From the NCBI GenBank assembly GCA_040386935.1, contig JAZKEQ010000013.1:2399-66398 (forward strand): a DNA stretch of 64,000 nt, given 5' to 3'. Positions 1 through 10,083 of this stretch are shown here, one piece after another. The notes beneath the pieces are model-generated. The model made no database searches and was not told the origin of the DNA. It worked only from the letters and a program-made list of their open reading frames with translations. The stretch's first letter is position 1; each line of letters begins with the position of its first letter. Position numbers and translations under genes: made by a program. The stretch comes from Bacteroidota bacterium (GTDB lineage: Bacteria > Bacteroidota > Bacteroidia > NS11-12g > UBA955).

Positions 1-162
1 TGGGTAGATAAGGAAGGTAACAAAAGAACCACCATGCGTATTCGCGCATTACAGTTTCAAGTGGTAAGCTCTCCATCAACCAACAATACTGATGCAAACG
101 GACACAACCCCGACAAGTCTACTCACTCCATACATGAAGAAGATTCGGGATTGCCATTTTAA
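1..162 (+). CDS. ssb: single-stranded DNA-binding protein, 3' fragment (start lies upstream of the window)
   Basis: Frame 1 is open from base 1 to TAA at 160-162. Translation WVDKEGNKRTTMRIRALQFQ...HEEDSGLPF ends in the acidic tail plus LPF terminus typical of bacterial SSB. It is missing from the ORF track because it has no start in the window. Confidence 0.55.
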   Translation, partial: WVDKEGNKRTTMRIRALQFQVVSSPSTNNTDANGHNPDKSTHSIHEEDSGLPF

Positions 163-180
163 TCAACTAATAATAACATT

Positions 181-1530
181 ATGGTAGCGGACGACCCTTA
201 CCCGATATTTACAATTCTCCTTCAAACCCAAAGCATACTTAATCCGGAACTATCTAGCGAAGTTTGGTTTCTTATCGGCTCTTGTTTCTTATTAATTTTT
301 CTTATCATTTGCTCTGCATTTTTTTCTGCCTCAGAAAATGCGCTGTTTTCATTGTCTCAAAATGATTTGGAAGATATCCGCAAAAATGAAACCCCAAGAA
401 ATAAAGCAGTCATCAAACTACTGAGCCAACCCAAGAAATTACTGGCCACCATACTTACAGCCAATAATTTTGTAAACGTAACCTTTGTAATTGTCAGTTC
501 CCTGGTGCTTGAAACTATTTTCAACAGCGAACTTAAAACAACTAGCCCTATTCTTTATTCAACATTTGAAGTGGCTATAGTTACTTTCCTCTTGTTATTG
601 TTTGGCGAAATGGTACCTAAAGTATATTCCATTAAACGCAATCTGGCCATCGCCCGATTAATGGCTATTCCAATATTAGTGACCCAAAAAATATTTGCTT
701 TCATTGTGATTCCTATGGTGAAATTCACCACTTTTATTGATAAACGTGTAAAGAAACACGAGCATTCTGTATCAGCTGATGAACTCAGTCATGCCATTGA
801 CATAACAGCCGACAGCAGTGCCAATAAAGAAGAGAAAGCCATTCTGAAAGGCATCGTTAACTTTGGCAATAAAACAGTGAGACAGATTATGAAAAACAGA
901 GGGGATGTATCTGCTCTGAATTACGATCTCACTTTCCCTGAATTACTCATCAAAATCAATGAACTTGGCTATAGTAGACTGCCCGTTTACGAAGATAATT
1001 TCGACAATATTAAAGGCATTATTTATATCAAAGAACTGTTGCCATACATTACAGATGCCGGTGATTTTAACTGGAAAAACTTGATGAAGCCGGCCTTCTT
1101 CGTTCCCGACAACAAGCGTATTGACTTATTGTTAGAAGAGTTTCAGGAACAGCGCATGCACATGGCTATTGTTGTAGATGAATATGGTGGCAAACTGGGT
1201 ATCGTGACCATGGAAGATATACTCGAGGAGATATTCGGTGAGATCAATGATGAGTTTGATGAAGAGCCCCTTAGTTACAGTAAAATTGATGACAACACCT
1301 ATGTAATTGAAGGCAAATTTTTAATCAATGACTTTTGTAAAATTCTGAATATCGACAGCAATTTTTTTGATGAAGTAAAAGGTGAAGCTGAGACAGTAGC
1401 CGGTATGTTATTGGAACTTGCAGGCAAAATACCCAACAGAGGTGAAACAATAAAATATCTGAATTTTAGTTTTACTGTTGAATCAGTTGATAACAGACGT
1501 ATTAAGAGAATAAAGGTGGACATTTCATGA
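181..1530 (+). CDS. gldE: gliding-motility-associated membrane protein GldE (DUF21 TM region, CBS pair, CorC_HlyC domain; hemolysin/CorC-like)
   Basis: 449-aa ORF with N-terminal TM helices, a CBS-pair region (VRQIMKNRGDV...; MHMAIVVDEYGGKLGIVTMEDILEEI) and a C-terminal CorC_HlyC-like domain. It overlaps the downstream GldD-like gene by 4 nt (ATGA). Confidence 0.75.
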   Translation: MVADDPYPIFTILLQTQSILNPELSSEVWFLIGSCFLLIFLIICSAFFSASENALFSLSQNDLEDIRKNETPRNKAVIKLLSQPKKLLATILTANNFVNVTFVIVSSLVLETIFNSELKTTSPILYSTFEVAIVTFLLLLFGEMVPKVYSIKRNLAIARLMAIPILVTQKIFAFIVIPMVKFTTFIDKRVKKHEHSVSADELSHAIDITADSSANKEEKAILKGIVNFGNKTVRQIMKNRGDVSALNYDLTFPELLIKINELGYSRLPVYEDNFDNIKGIIYIKELLPYITDAGDFNWKNLMKPAFFVPDNKRIDLLLEEFQEQRMHMAIVVDEYGGKLGIVTMEDILEEIFGEINDEFDEEPLSYSKIDDNTYVIEGKFLINDFCKILNIDSNFFDEVKGEAETVAGMLLELAGKIPNRGETIKYLNFSFTVESVDNRRIKRIKVDIS

Positions 1531-2099
1531 AACTCTATATAAGCATTGTATTGCTATCATTAATGGCTTGTAAAGACAATGCCTATACACCCAAACCACA
1601 TGGTTATCCGAGGGTGTATTACCCTGAGAAAAGCTATAGAATGTTCGACAGTATGTCGCCATACAGTTTCATGTACCCAACCTATGCTGTAATAACCGCA
1701 AAAGATGAAGCTGGATGGCAGAAAAACTGGTACAACATCAATTACCTCCCATTTAATGCCACATTGCATTTGAGTTATAAATCATTTACAAACCGTCATC
1801 AGTTTGATTCGCTATTTGATGATACACGTAAGTTGGCTTACAAGCATACTATTAAAGCTGATGAGATTGAAGAGATAGAAGTGAACAATCCTCAAACCGG
1901 CACATCGGGTATTATCTTCGATCTGAAAGGGAACACCGCTACTAATCTGAATTTTTATATCAGCGATGGCAAGCAACATTTTCTGAGAGGTGCGCTTTAT
2001 TTTAATGCCAAAACCACCAATGACAGCATTCAACCGGTTTTCAATTTTCTGAGAGATGATGTCATTAAGTTGATTGAAACCACCAAGTGGCGCTACTAA
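1527..2099 (+). CDS. gldD: gliding motility lipoprotein GldD
   Basis: 190 aa with a lipoprotein signal (LSLMAC). Motifs TPKPHGYPRVYYP, AYKHTIKADEI and HFLRGALYFNAK...DSIQP match my recollection of GldD. Translationally coupled to gldE. Confidence 0.65.
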   Translation: MKLYISIVLLSLMACKDNAYTPKPHGYPRVYYPEKSYRMFDSMSPYSFMYPTYAVITAKDEAGWQKNWYNINYLPFNATLHLSYKSFTNRHQFDSLFDDTRKLAYKHTIKADEIEEIEVNNPQTGTSGIIFDLKGNTATNLNFYISDGKQHFLRGALYFNAKTTNDSIQPVFNFLRDDVIKLIETTKWRY

Positions 2100-2117
2100 A
2101 TCTTTACTTATTAAACT

Positions 2118-2149
2118 AAAAAAGGCATTGCCGTGGCAACACCTTTTTT
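2118..2149 (+). terminator. candidate rho-independent terminator after gldD
   Basis: aaaaaggcattgcc-gt-ggcaacacctttttt forms a GC-containing stem with a 2x2 internal mismatch. It is flanked by an A-run and a T-run and sits between convergent genes. Confidence 0.4.
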
Positions 2150-2275
2150 ATACAATTTAACCAATGCAATGGGTGCATTTGATTAATCTTTATTCACCGG
2201 CATATTGAGTTTGCCTGATTTGAATGTTTTGCCTATGGCAAAAATGCATGAGGTTATTTTTATATGTTGTGTTAA

Positions 2276-2851
2276 TTAAATATTACATCCGGCCAGAAGC
2301 AGAATAATGGTGATGATCATTCCAATTATTTCGAGTATGGCTGAGCCTTGCAATAAAACTACTGCTAATCCAACTGCCCCTGCAATACAGGCTATTCCAA
2401 TCAACAGTGCTAAACCCATTACGCCCATAAAGTCAAGAAAATCATCTGACTGAACTTTTGTAGTTGTTGTCTTTTTTGTAGCATGGGAGACAGTTGATTT
2501 ATCAGCTGAGCGATTGGTGATCTTTTTTACCAATGGGGTATGTTTCTTTTTGTATATTTTTTTAAGTGATGCGCCTATTGCAAGTGGCTTGCGTTGAATC
2601 TTGGCAAATGTATCGCTATGGGTAGCAGCCGTTACAACAGTTGAAGTACTGTTGATACTTATAGCATTCGACTCGCGATTCACTTTCTTTGCAACTCTTG
2701 CCTGTTTGTTAATTGGTTCAACATCTTTTGTTTGGCGACCTGAACCGATGTCTATTTTCCACCCGCTGCTGTAGCGGCATTTATTTACCATGCATGAAGG
2801 TAGCAGCAATAAAACAACTGCTAAAAGAATGATTTTATTTAAATTTTTCAT
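2276..2851 (-). CDS. hypothetical lipoprotein-like membrane protein, tandem paralog 1 (LPSC lipobox, KCRYSxGW motif, C-terminal TM pair)
   Basis: 191 aa with signal MKNLNKIILLAVVLLLLPSC, then MVNKCRYSSGWKIDIG, a K/S/T-rich low-complexity middle and about 55 hydrophobic C-terminal residues. The N-terminus is clearly homologous to the next ORF. Confidence 0.6.
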   Translation of the reverse strand: MKNLNKIILLAVVLLLLPSCMVNKCRYSSGWKIDIGSGRQTKDVEPINKQARVAKKVNRESNAISINSTSTVVTAATHSDTFAKIQRKPLAIGASLKKIYKKKHTPLVKKITNRSADKSTVSHATKKTTTTKVQSDDFLDFMGVMGLALLIGIACIAGAVGLAVVLLQGSAILEIIGMIITIILLLAGCNI

Positions 2852-2862
2852 ATTGTATTTTA

Positions 2863-3441
2863 TTAAAAGACTAATGATGTATCAGTAATTGCCATCAGTA
2901 ATAACAGCCCTATAAACCCTAATAAAACTAGAAAAGCCAAAGGTTCAAAAATGAGCAATATGATAGCGAATATTATAACAGATGCAAGAATGATGTAACA
3001 GAAGACTAAAAAAACGGTATATAACTCATCGAATATGTTTGACGACTTATTGGTCTGTTTGGTAGCATTCAATGACGAATGTTTCAAATCATTTTGTCGT
3101 GTGATTGATGGTGCAATTTCTTTTGATTTTTTTCTAATGGTTCTTGTTGATTTAAGTGTTGCCGGTTTTTCAACATTGGCGATTGATTGAATGATAGAAT
3201 CTTTAAAAACTGACACCTGAGTTAAAGCAGTGTCAGTAGAACTCACAGGAGTTAGTACTACCGGATTTGTTTTCTTACGGGCAGATGCGGCCTGTTTTTC
3301 AACAACGGCAGTATTTTTACCACCTCTGTTACCTGATAGGTCTAGGTTCCATCCATTGCTGTAACGACATTTAGTCATCATACAAGAAGGAAGACATACC
3401 AATGCTATTAATAGCGCGAAGATTTTGTTTTTGTTTTTCAT
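2863..3441 (-). CDS. hypothetical lipoprotein-like membrane protein, tandem paralog 2
   Basis: ORF 2863..3474. I prefer the ATG at 3441 (MKNKNKIFALLIALVCLPSCMMTKCRYSNGWNLDLSG), which aligns with the N-terminus of paralog 1. Same architecture. Confidence 0.6.
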   Translation of the reverse strand: MKNKNKIFALLIALVCLPSCMMTKCRYSNGWNLDLSGNRGGKNTAVVEKQAASARKKTNPVVLTPVSSTDTALTQVSVFKDSIIQSIANVEKPATLKSTRTIRKKSKEIAPSITRQNDLKHSSLNATKQTNKSSNIFDELYTVFLVFCYIILASVIIFAIILLIFEPLAFLVLLGFIGLLLLMAITDTSLVF

Positions 3442-3642
3442 GTGCATTTGGTTAAAATTGTTGGTACAAAGCACGGTCGAAACAAATGCTATAATTTATT
3501 GCTAATTGAAACGGATTTAGAAAGACATTGATTATTTACTTTCATCGCATTGAATTAAGATTATTGCAATTAAAAAATACTTCAATATATTCGCATTTAT
3601 ATTTAAATTTGCAATAAATAATAAAACAAAACACCATTAAAA

Positions 3643-4644
3643 TTGAAAAATAATATTAATTTCCAAGAAAAACTGAACACTATTTTGCAGAAAAACACAC
3701 CTGCAAACGTTTCTTTAGCAAAAGAGATCAGTGAATTGCTTGATATTAGTCTCGATAGCACCTACAGAAGACTCCGCAATGAGACCGATTACACGCTCAA
3801 TGAAGTGGCGGCTATCTCTCAGCATTTTGATATACCTCTTGAGGCTTTAAACAACGAGTTACAGTCAGTCGTAACATTCAAGGTGAATATTCTCAATAAT
3901 GATATGGCATCCTATCAGCAGTATCTTGAACACATGATGAAAAACATTGACAAACTCAATCAGTTTGAAAATGCCCAGATTGTATTCGCTGCTGAAGATA
4001 TCCCGGTTTTCTACCACTTCAGTGAACCGCGACTGATGACTTTTAAAATTATTTATTGGCTAAAGTCATTATTAAACATCACTGATTTTCAGTTCAGCCA
4101 TTTTGAAAGCATTACACTGCCTCAGGAAATACTGGATACAGCTGAAAAAATATATGCAGGTTACGATAAGTTGAACTCCACAGAAATATGGACCACAGAA
4201 ACTACTCTGAGTACATTAAAGCAGATAAAATTCTACTGGGATGCCGGTTTTTTTGAATCAGTTGACACGGCTACGGGCATTCTGGATGATTTGGAAACCA
4301 TGATACGCAAACTGCAGCGCAACTCAGAAACGGGCTTTAAATTTAATAAAAGTGGATCAATGACACCTGTGCAACACCGTTTGTTTTTAAGTGATGTAAT
4401 GATAGGCACTAACTGTGTGTTCTGTAAGGCTGCTGGTTTTGCGACCTCATTCATCAGCTACAGTTCATTTAATTTTATGCAAACCACCAATAGCAACTTT
4501 AATGAGCAAAACGAACAGTGGTTGAATAATATCTTGTCGAAGTCAACCTTACTGAGTGGTGTTGCTGAAAAACAGCGCAATCAGTTTTTCAAACAGATCT
4601 ACAAACAGATTACTGAAATGAAAGACTATTTCAAAAACAGTTAA
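3643..4644 (+). CDS. HTH-domain protein, putative transcriptional regulator
   Basis: 333 aa with a TTG start. The N-terminus VSLAKEISELLDISLDSTYRRLRNETDYTLNEVAAISQHFDIPLEAL reads as a helix-turn-helix. The rest has no motif I recognise. Divergent from the paralog pair. Confidence 0.5.
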   Translation: MKNNINFQEKLNTILQKNTPANVSLAKEISELLDISLDSTYRRLRNETDYTLNEVAAISQHFDIPLEALNNELQSVVTFKVNILNNDMASYQQYLEHMMKNIDKLNQFENAQIVFAAEDIPVFYHFSEPRLMTFKIIYWLKSLLNITDFQFSHFESITLPQEILDTAEKIYAGYDKLNSTEIWTTETTLSTLKQIKFYWDAGFFESVDTATGILDDLETMIRKLQRNSETGFKFNKSGSMTPVQHRLFLSDVMIGTNCVFCKAAGFATSFISYSSFNFMQTTNSNFNEQNEQWLNNILSKSTLLSGVAEKQRNQFFKQIYKQITEMKDYFKNS

Positions 4645-4649
4645 ACTAT

Positions 4650-5414
4650 TCAGGATTTTAAAATACGGGACGATTTCAGATACACCTTGTTTGGGTAGTA
4701 TGCAAACAGGCAGGTACCATTGCTGATTGCAACAGCCAGATGATTAATGACCTCTTCGGAAACAGCAGGACAACCCTGACTGCGGCCCAAACGCTGATTA
4801 TTGGCGATGAATGATTCGCTCACATAGTTGGCCCCATGAATAACAATGCCTCTTTCAAAAGCCTTTCCATTGAACTTACTTTCCATACCAAACAAACGCA
4901 ATGATGTTTCGTGCTTGCCTTTATAAATATCGCCTGTGATATAGAAGCCCAGACTTGTTTTATAAGAATTGGTGGTATTTGAAAACGATGAAGCATAGAC
5001 ATTGCCGCTGTTTTTGCCGTGTGCGACTAATTCATTGAACAATACTACCTGATTTTTCAAATCAATCACCCACAATCTTTTTGAATTAGCTGACATTGAA
5101 TAATCGATGATGGTCATGGTGTCTTTCCTTTTCAAATTACCTTGCTGTAAAAGAAAATAATACCCCTTTAAACCGTAGTTGAAAACTTTTTTGTCAAGGC
5201 TGGTAGTGCCATTGAAAATTTGCTTGTAAAAACTGTCCGCCAAAACATCAAAAGATACCTGGGGAATTTCCACTTTGCATTCAACAGCCGGCTGACCAGT
5301 CGTTGAATCCTTGGTTTTATTGGGTTCTGTACTTGTCTTAACCCCTTCTTTATAAGTATTTGCACTTATTAAAAAACCAATCAAACTTAAAATTAAAATA
5401 TTTTTTAGAATCAT
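4650..5414 (-). CDS. L,D-transpeptidase catalytic-domain family protein (YkuD_2-like), secreted
   Basis: 254 aa with a signal peptide. Active-site-like motif GIVIHGANYVSE...GRSQGCPAV (His ... Cys). Confidence 0.7.
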   Translation of the reverse strand: MILKNILILSLIGFLISANTYKEGVKTSTEPNKTKDSTTGQPAVECKVEIPQVSFDVLADSFYKQIFNGTTSLDKKVFNYGLKGYYFLLQQGNLKRKDTMTIIDYSMSANSKRLWVIDLKNQVVLFNELVAHGKNSGNVYASSFSNTTNSYKTSLGFYITGDIYKGKHETSLRLFGMESKFNGKAFERGIVIHGANYVSESFIANNQRLGRSQGCPAVSEEVINHLAVAISNGTCLFAYYPNKVYLKSSRILKS

Positions 5415-5732
5415 GACAAGTACCGAAAATACGAAAAATTACCATTTTGTGCAACAAAAAATATAGACAGGCCAATGACTTTCAGCTGTAAAGGGACTTG
5501 GCGCATTCATCAGATACTTTCAATATCCCTGCCAAATTATGGGTAGACGGAAAAACGTCAGATAAATGCCCAAATCTGAGCAGGTTAGCGTGCATTGATT
5601 TCTATCAGAAATTTTGGGATAAAAATACCACTACCCAATTCGCCCTTAAATGTTCAAATTCTCTTGGTATGTATTAGCAGTGTGTATGCAATTAAATCGC
5701 AATAAATAGTATTTTCGCAATTCTAAACAATT

Positions 5733-7370
5733 ATGGCCGCTAAAGTCGATCTGGAATTCAACAAAAACGAGGACCTCAATAAACAACTGGTATACGAACT
5801 AAAGAGCAAATTTAAAAAAGTTGCTTTAGGTGGAGGCGAAAAAGCCGCTGCTAAACAAAAAGAAAAAGGCAAAATGCTTTGTCGCGAACGCATTGAATAT
5901 TTGCGTGACAAAGACACTCCTTTTATAGAGGTTGGGGCATTCACAGGCGAAGGCATGTATGCAGAATATGGCGGTTGCCCTAGTGGAGGTGTTGTTGCCG
6001 GTATTGGCTATGTAAGCGGCAGACAATGCATGATAGTGGCCAACGATGCGACAGTTAAAGCCGGTGCATGGTTCCCTATCACCGCTAAAAAGAATCTAAG
6101 AGCCCAGGAAATCGCCATGGAAAACAGATTGCCGATTATATATCTAGTAGACAGTGCGGGCGTATTCCTCCCTATGCAGGATGAAATATTTCCGGACAAG
6201 GAACACTTCGGTCGCATGTTCCGCAACAATGCCATCATGAGCAGCATGGGTATTACACAAATTGCAGCAGTAATGGGCAGTTGTGTAGCAGGTGGTGCTT
6301 ATTTGCCAATCATGAGCGATGAAGCTTTAATCGTTGAAAAAACAGGCTCTATCTTTTTAGCCGGGAGTTACCTGGTAAAAGCAGCCATAGGTGAAGACAT
6401 TGATAATGAAACACTGGGAGGCGCTACCACACAAAGTGAAATAAGTGGTGTAATAGACGATAAATTCCCGGATGATAAAAGCTGCTTAGACCGCATACGC
6501 TACATCATGGATAAAATCGGTCATTTTGAAAAAGCCGGTTTCGACAGAGTAACGCCTGTAAAACCTGTAAAAAAAGAATCGGATATATACGGTATACTGC
6601 CTGCTGAAAGATCAAAGACCTACGATACAATGGAAATTATTGAGCGTTTGGTTGACGGCAGCGAGTTTGAACAATACAAGGAAGGTTATGGCAAAAGCAT
6701 TATCTGCGGTTATGCCAGAATTGACGGATGGGCCGTAGGTATAATTGCCAACAACAGACAACTGGTAAAAAGCAAAAAAGGTGAGATGCAGTTTGGTGGT
6801 GTTATCTATAGCGACAGTGCTGATAAGTCAGCGCGCTTCATCATGAACTGCAATCAGAAAAAAATACCTCTTGTATTTCTACAGGACGTTACCGGATTCA
6901 TGGTAGGCAGTCGCAGCGAACAAGGCGGCATCATCAAAGACGGTGCTAAAATGGTGAATGCCATGAGCAACAGTACCGTTCCTAAATTCACCATCATCAT
7001 GGGCAATAGCTTTGGCGCAGGCAATTACGCCATGTGCGGTAAAGCGTACGACCCACGACTGATATACGCATGGCCGGGTGCTAAAATAGCGGTAATGGGT
7101 GGCGAACAGGCTGCTAAAACATTGTTGCAGATTGAAAAAGCGAGTCTCGAAGCAAGAGGTGAAAAAATTACCCCTGAAGCAGAAAAAGCTTTGCTGGATA
7201 AAATTACTGACCGATACAATACCCAGATGAGTCCTTATTATGCCGCTTCACGCCTATGGGTTGATGGTGTAATAGATCCATTGGAAACAAGAACTGTTAT
7301 CAGCGAAGGAATAGCCATGGCGAATCACGCTCCGGTGAAACAATTCAATGTGGGTGTACTACAAACCTAG
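5733..7370 (+). CDS. acyl-CoA carboxylase carboxyltransferase (beta) subunit, methylcrotonyl-/propionyl-CoA carboxylase type
   Basis: 545 aa. Carboxyl-transferase motifs are present throughout (ANDATVKAGAW, LVDSAGVFLP, GSCVAGGAYLP, FLQDVTGFMVG, NSFGAGNYAMCG). Confidence 0.85.
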   Translation: MAAKVDLEFNKNEDLNKQLVYELKSKFKKVALGGGEKAAAKQKEKGKMLCRERIEYLRDKDTPFIEVGAFTGEGMYAEYGGCPSGGVVAGIGYVSGRQCMIVANDATVKAGAWFPITAKKNLRAQEIAMENRLPIIYLVDSAGVFLPMQDEIFPDKEHFGRMFRNNAIMSSMGITQIAAVMGSCVAGGAYLPIMSDEALIVEKTGSIFLAGSYLVKAAIGEDIDNETLGGATTQSEISGVIDDKFPDDKSCLDRIRYIMDKIGHFEKAGFDRVTPVKPVKKESDIYGILPAERSKTYDTMEIIERLVDGSEFEQYKEGYGKSIICGYARIDGWAVGIIANNRQLVKSKKGEMQFGGVIYSDSADKSARFIMNCNQKKIPLVFLQDVTGFMVGSRSEQGGIIKDGAKMVNAMSNSTVPKFTIIMGNSFGAGNYAMCGKAYDPRLIYAWPGAKIAVMGGEQAAKTLLQIEKASLEARGEKITPEAEKALLDKITDRYNTQMSPYYAASRLWVDGVIDPLETRTVISEGIAMANHAPVKQFNVGVLQT

Positions 7371-7387
7371 TAACTAACGGTAAAAAC

Positions 7388-7759
7388 TTAGTGATTTTTC
7401 AGCCATTCAATGGCTTTTTCCTCATCGGTAAAAAACTTTGAGGGAAAGATATTTTTCATAAATGCCAGATAAAAATTGGTGGACATTTTCTGTGTAAATG
7501 AAGTAACGACTACAGCTTCTGCAATGATAATGTCTTTGAATTTCTTATTCTCAGTTTGAAGATAGGCTCTGGCTTCGCGATTGATTGTTGATTTTTCGGT
7601 ACAGATGACTAAGCGCTTCAATGGCCTATTCTCTGTAAATGAATACAAATCATCCATTACATCTACAATTTCAGTAAGTCCCACATGCACATTGTCGTGA
7701 TAACGAACTTCAACAGTTTTACTATCAATCATCTTAAGAGACTTGAGTACTGACGCCAT
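7388..7759 (-). CDS. hypothetical small protein, paralog of 35807..36217 (possibly a STAS/SpoIIAA-like fold)
   Basis: ORF 7388..7876. The ATG at 7759 (MASVLKSLKMIDSKTVEV...) is where similarity to the 35807..36217 product begins. Shared strings include LKSLKMID, IAEA.VV, FYL and KFFT....KA.EWL. The fold assignment is a guess. Confidence 0.55.
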   Translation of the reverse strand: MASVLKSLKMIDSKTVEVRYHDNVHVGLTEIVDVMDDLYSFTENRPLKRLVICTEKSTINREARAYLQTENKKFKDIIIAEAVVVTSFTQKMSTNFYLAFMKNIFPSKFFTDEEKAIEWLKNH

Positions 7760-7896
7760 AATCTTTTCACTAAACCTAGTATTGCAATTATACCACTTTT
7801 TGTTTTCTTGAACAAAATTCACACCATCATGACAAAAAATTGACATAGGCCTTACTAACGAATCCATAAAATGCATTAATTTGCACTACTACAGCC

Positions 7897-8445
7897 ATGC
7901 TATCATTTGTTTTCAACCCCTTCCCTGTTATACAAACCGAAAGATTAGTGCTTCGCAAAATTTCACACAGCGACACAGAAAGTCTTTTTGCCATGCGTTC
8001 TGATCCAAGCACCATGCGTTTTATTCCCAGGCCTGTTGCCCGACATCACGATGATGTAACGGAACTTATACAAAGGATATTATCTGAACTTAATGAAAAC
8101 AGAAGCATCAATTGGGCCATCACATTAAAAGAAGACAATATCTTAATCGGTACTATCGGGTATGTACGCATGTCGCCAGAAAACCACAGAGGTGAGGTTG
8201 GCTATATGCTATCGCAACACCATTACGGCAAAGGCATCATGAATGAAGCGTTGACTGCAGTGATTGATTATGGATTCAACAAGTTAAACCTCCACTCTAT
8301 TGAAGGCGTAGTGAGTCCTGAAAACATGGCTTCGTCAAACGTTTTAAAAAAATGTGGGTTTATTAGAGAGGCTTACTACAAAGAAAAAGAATATGTCAAC
8401 GGCAAATTCGAAGACATAGAAGTGTACTCACTGATCAAATCTTAA
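7897..8445 (+). CDS. GNAT family N-acetyltransferase (RimJ/RimL-like)
   Basis: 182 aa. Shows ERLVLRKIS...D, WAI..K.....IGTIG and GYML...YHGKGIMNEAL......GF..L.LH.IEG.V...N..S..VLKKCGF, a typical Acetyltransf_3 pattern. Confidence 0.8.
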   Translation: MLSFVFNPFPVIQTERLVLRKISHSDTESLFAMRSDPSTMRFIPRPVARHHDDVTELIQRILSELNENRSINWAITLKEDNILIGTIGYVRMSPENHRGEVGYMLSQHHYGKGIMNEALTAVIDYGFNKLNLHSIEGVVSPENMASSNVLKKCGFIREAYYKEKEYVNGKFEDIEVYSLIKS

Positions 8446-10061
8446 AATCTTGCAACAAGCGGAATCAATCTTCCTCTCCCAAATGCCTTGGCGGTTACAC
8501 GAAGAATTGGCGGTGCCTGATAGCGTTTGAATTCATTGCGATTAACCAATTGCAATACACGGGTAACAGTGGCCTCATCAAACCCTCTATTGACAATCGC
8601 AACTTTATCTTCGACACCTTCTATATAGCATTTCAAAATTGCATCCAAAACATCATAAGGTGGTAAACTGTCGCTGTCCTTTTGGTCGGGGCGCAACTCA
8701 GCGCTTGGCGCTTTATTGATGATATCAGAAGGTATTATTTCTTTTGAACGGTTGATGTAATTTGCCAGTGCATACACATCGGTTTTATAAACATCGCCAA
8801 TTACACTTAAGCTGCCGCACATATCGCCATACAAAGTACTGTAGCCAACAGCCATCTCACTTTTATTACTTGTATTAAGCAGGATATGGCCTTTTTTATT
8901 GCTGTAAGCCATTAACAAAACGCCTCTGATTCTTGCTTGTAAATTTTCTTCGGTTACATCTGCAGGTAGGTTATTGAACAATGGTTGCAAGGCTGAATCA
9001 AAACTGTCATAAGCATCTTTGATTGGCACTATAAAGTATGGATTGCCGAGATTTTCGGACAAGGCCTGCGCATCTGTTACACTACCGCCACTGCTGTATT
9101 GAGATGGCATTAATACTGCTGTAACATTTTCGGCACCTATGGCTTCGGATGCCAATGCTTGTACAACTGCTGAATCGATACCACCGGATGAACCCAGCAC
9201 AACTTTTGAAAAATTCATTTTTGTGAAATAATCTTTCAAACCAAATATAAGGGCCTTGTGTAATTGTTCAATGCGGGGCACTGCAACAGATGTTGAAGCC
9301 TGTGTTGTTGAAGTATCGATGATTACAAATTCTTCTTCGAAAGTGGCACATTGGTAAACCACTTTTCCATCGCGATTGATATACAATGAGCTGCCATCAA
9401 AAATCAAATCGGTGTGAGCACCAACCTGATTGACATACACCATGGGCAATTTAAAATTTGCAGACTGATGACTGAGTATATCGAGACGCTGTTCCAACTT
9501 ACCTTCATTGAATGGCGATGCTGAAATATTGATGATGAGTTCCGGTTGTAAAGCACTCAGATTCTTTAAAGGGTCTTCTGTATAACTGAAAAAATCCATC
9601 TCATCCCACAAGTCTTCGCAAATGGTTACTGCTGTTTTAACCCCACCTATTTCAATGGTTTTGAACACATCATTGCTTTGAAAATAGCGAGCTTCGCTGA
9701 ACACATCATAAGTGGGTAATAGTGTTTTATAAATGGTATCGCGATGTTCTCCATTTGTTAGAATACATGCTGCATTGTACAAGCGCCTTCCTTTAGGATG
9801 CGCATTGGTAACAGGGCAACCCACTATGGCAGTAATCCCTTGCGTAGCTGCCGCAATCTTTTGTAAAGCAGTTTCACATTTAGCTATGAAATGGGGGTAA
9901 TCCAATAAATCATCAGGAGGATAACCGCATACTGCCAGTTCACTAAAAACAATAAGGCCCGCACCTTCTGTACGAGCCTTATCAATGCTTTTGATTATTT
10001 TAAGGGTGTTACCTTCGAAATCTCCTATCGTATAGTTTAATTGAGCAAGAGCGATTTTCAT
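8442..10061 (-). CDS. nadE: glutamine-dependent NAD+ synthetase
   Basis: 539 aa. N-terminal nitrilase/CN-hydrolase domain (MKIALAQLN...FSELAVCGYPP, AVTICEDLW) plus a C-terminal NAD synthetase domain (VLGSSGGIDSAV, P-loop-like SGGxDS). Confidence 0.9.
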   Translation of the reverse strand: MKIALAQLNYTIGDFEGNTLKIIKSIDKARTEGAGLIVFSELAVCGYPPDDLLDYPHFIAKCETALQKIAAATQGITAIVGCPVTNAHPKGRRLYNAACILTNGEHRDTIYKTLLPTYDVFSEARYFQSNDVFKTIEIGGVKTAVTICEDLWDEMDFFSYTEDPLKNLSALQPELIINISASPFNEGKLEQRLDILSHQSANFKLPMVYVNQVGAHTDLIFDGSSLYINRDGKVVYQCATFEEEFVIIDTSTTQASTSVAVPRIEQLHKALIFGLKDYFTKMNFSKVVLGSSGGIDSAVVQALASEAIGAENVTAVLMPSQYSSGGSVTDAQALSENLGNPYFIVPIKDAYDSFDSALQPLFNNLPADVTEENLQARIRGVLLMAYSNKKGHILLNTSNKSEMAVGYSTLYGDMCGSLSVIGDVYKTDVYALANYINRSKEIIPSDIINKAPSAELRPDQKDSDSLPPYDVLDAILKCYIEGVEDKVAIVNRGFDEATVTRVLQLVNRNEFKRYQAPPILRVTAKAFGRGRLIPLVARF

Positions 10062-10083
10062 ACGCTTTGCAAAGAACGCTTTT

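Noticed and set aside
3604-3611. -7-like boxes TAAATTTG at 3604-3611 (before the HTH gene) and 11929-11936 (before ndh), and TATATTTG at 40727-40734 (before the His-rich ORF).
   Set aside because: They match TAnnTTTG but lack a correctly spaced -33 TTG. The one at 40727 is only 5 nt from the predicted start codon. In AT-rich spacers such 8-mers arise by chance, so they are not reported as features.
5415-5732. 318-bp spacer upstream of the carboxyltransferase gene, checked for a small gene, pseudogene or RNA.
   Set aside because: Only ORFs of about 20 aa with no recognisable similarity appear in any frame, and no convincing stem-loops or promoter boxes were seen. Left unannotated.
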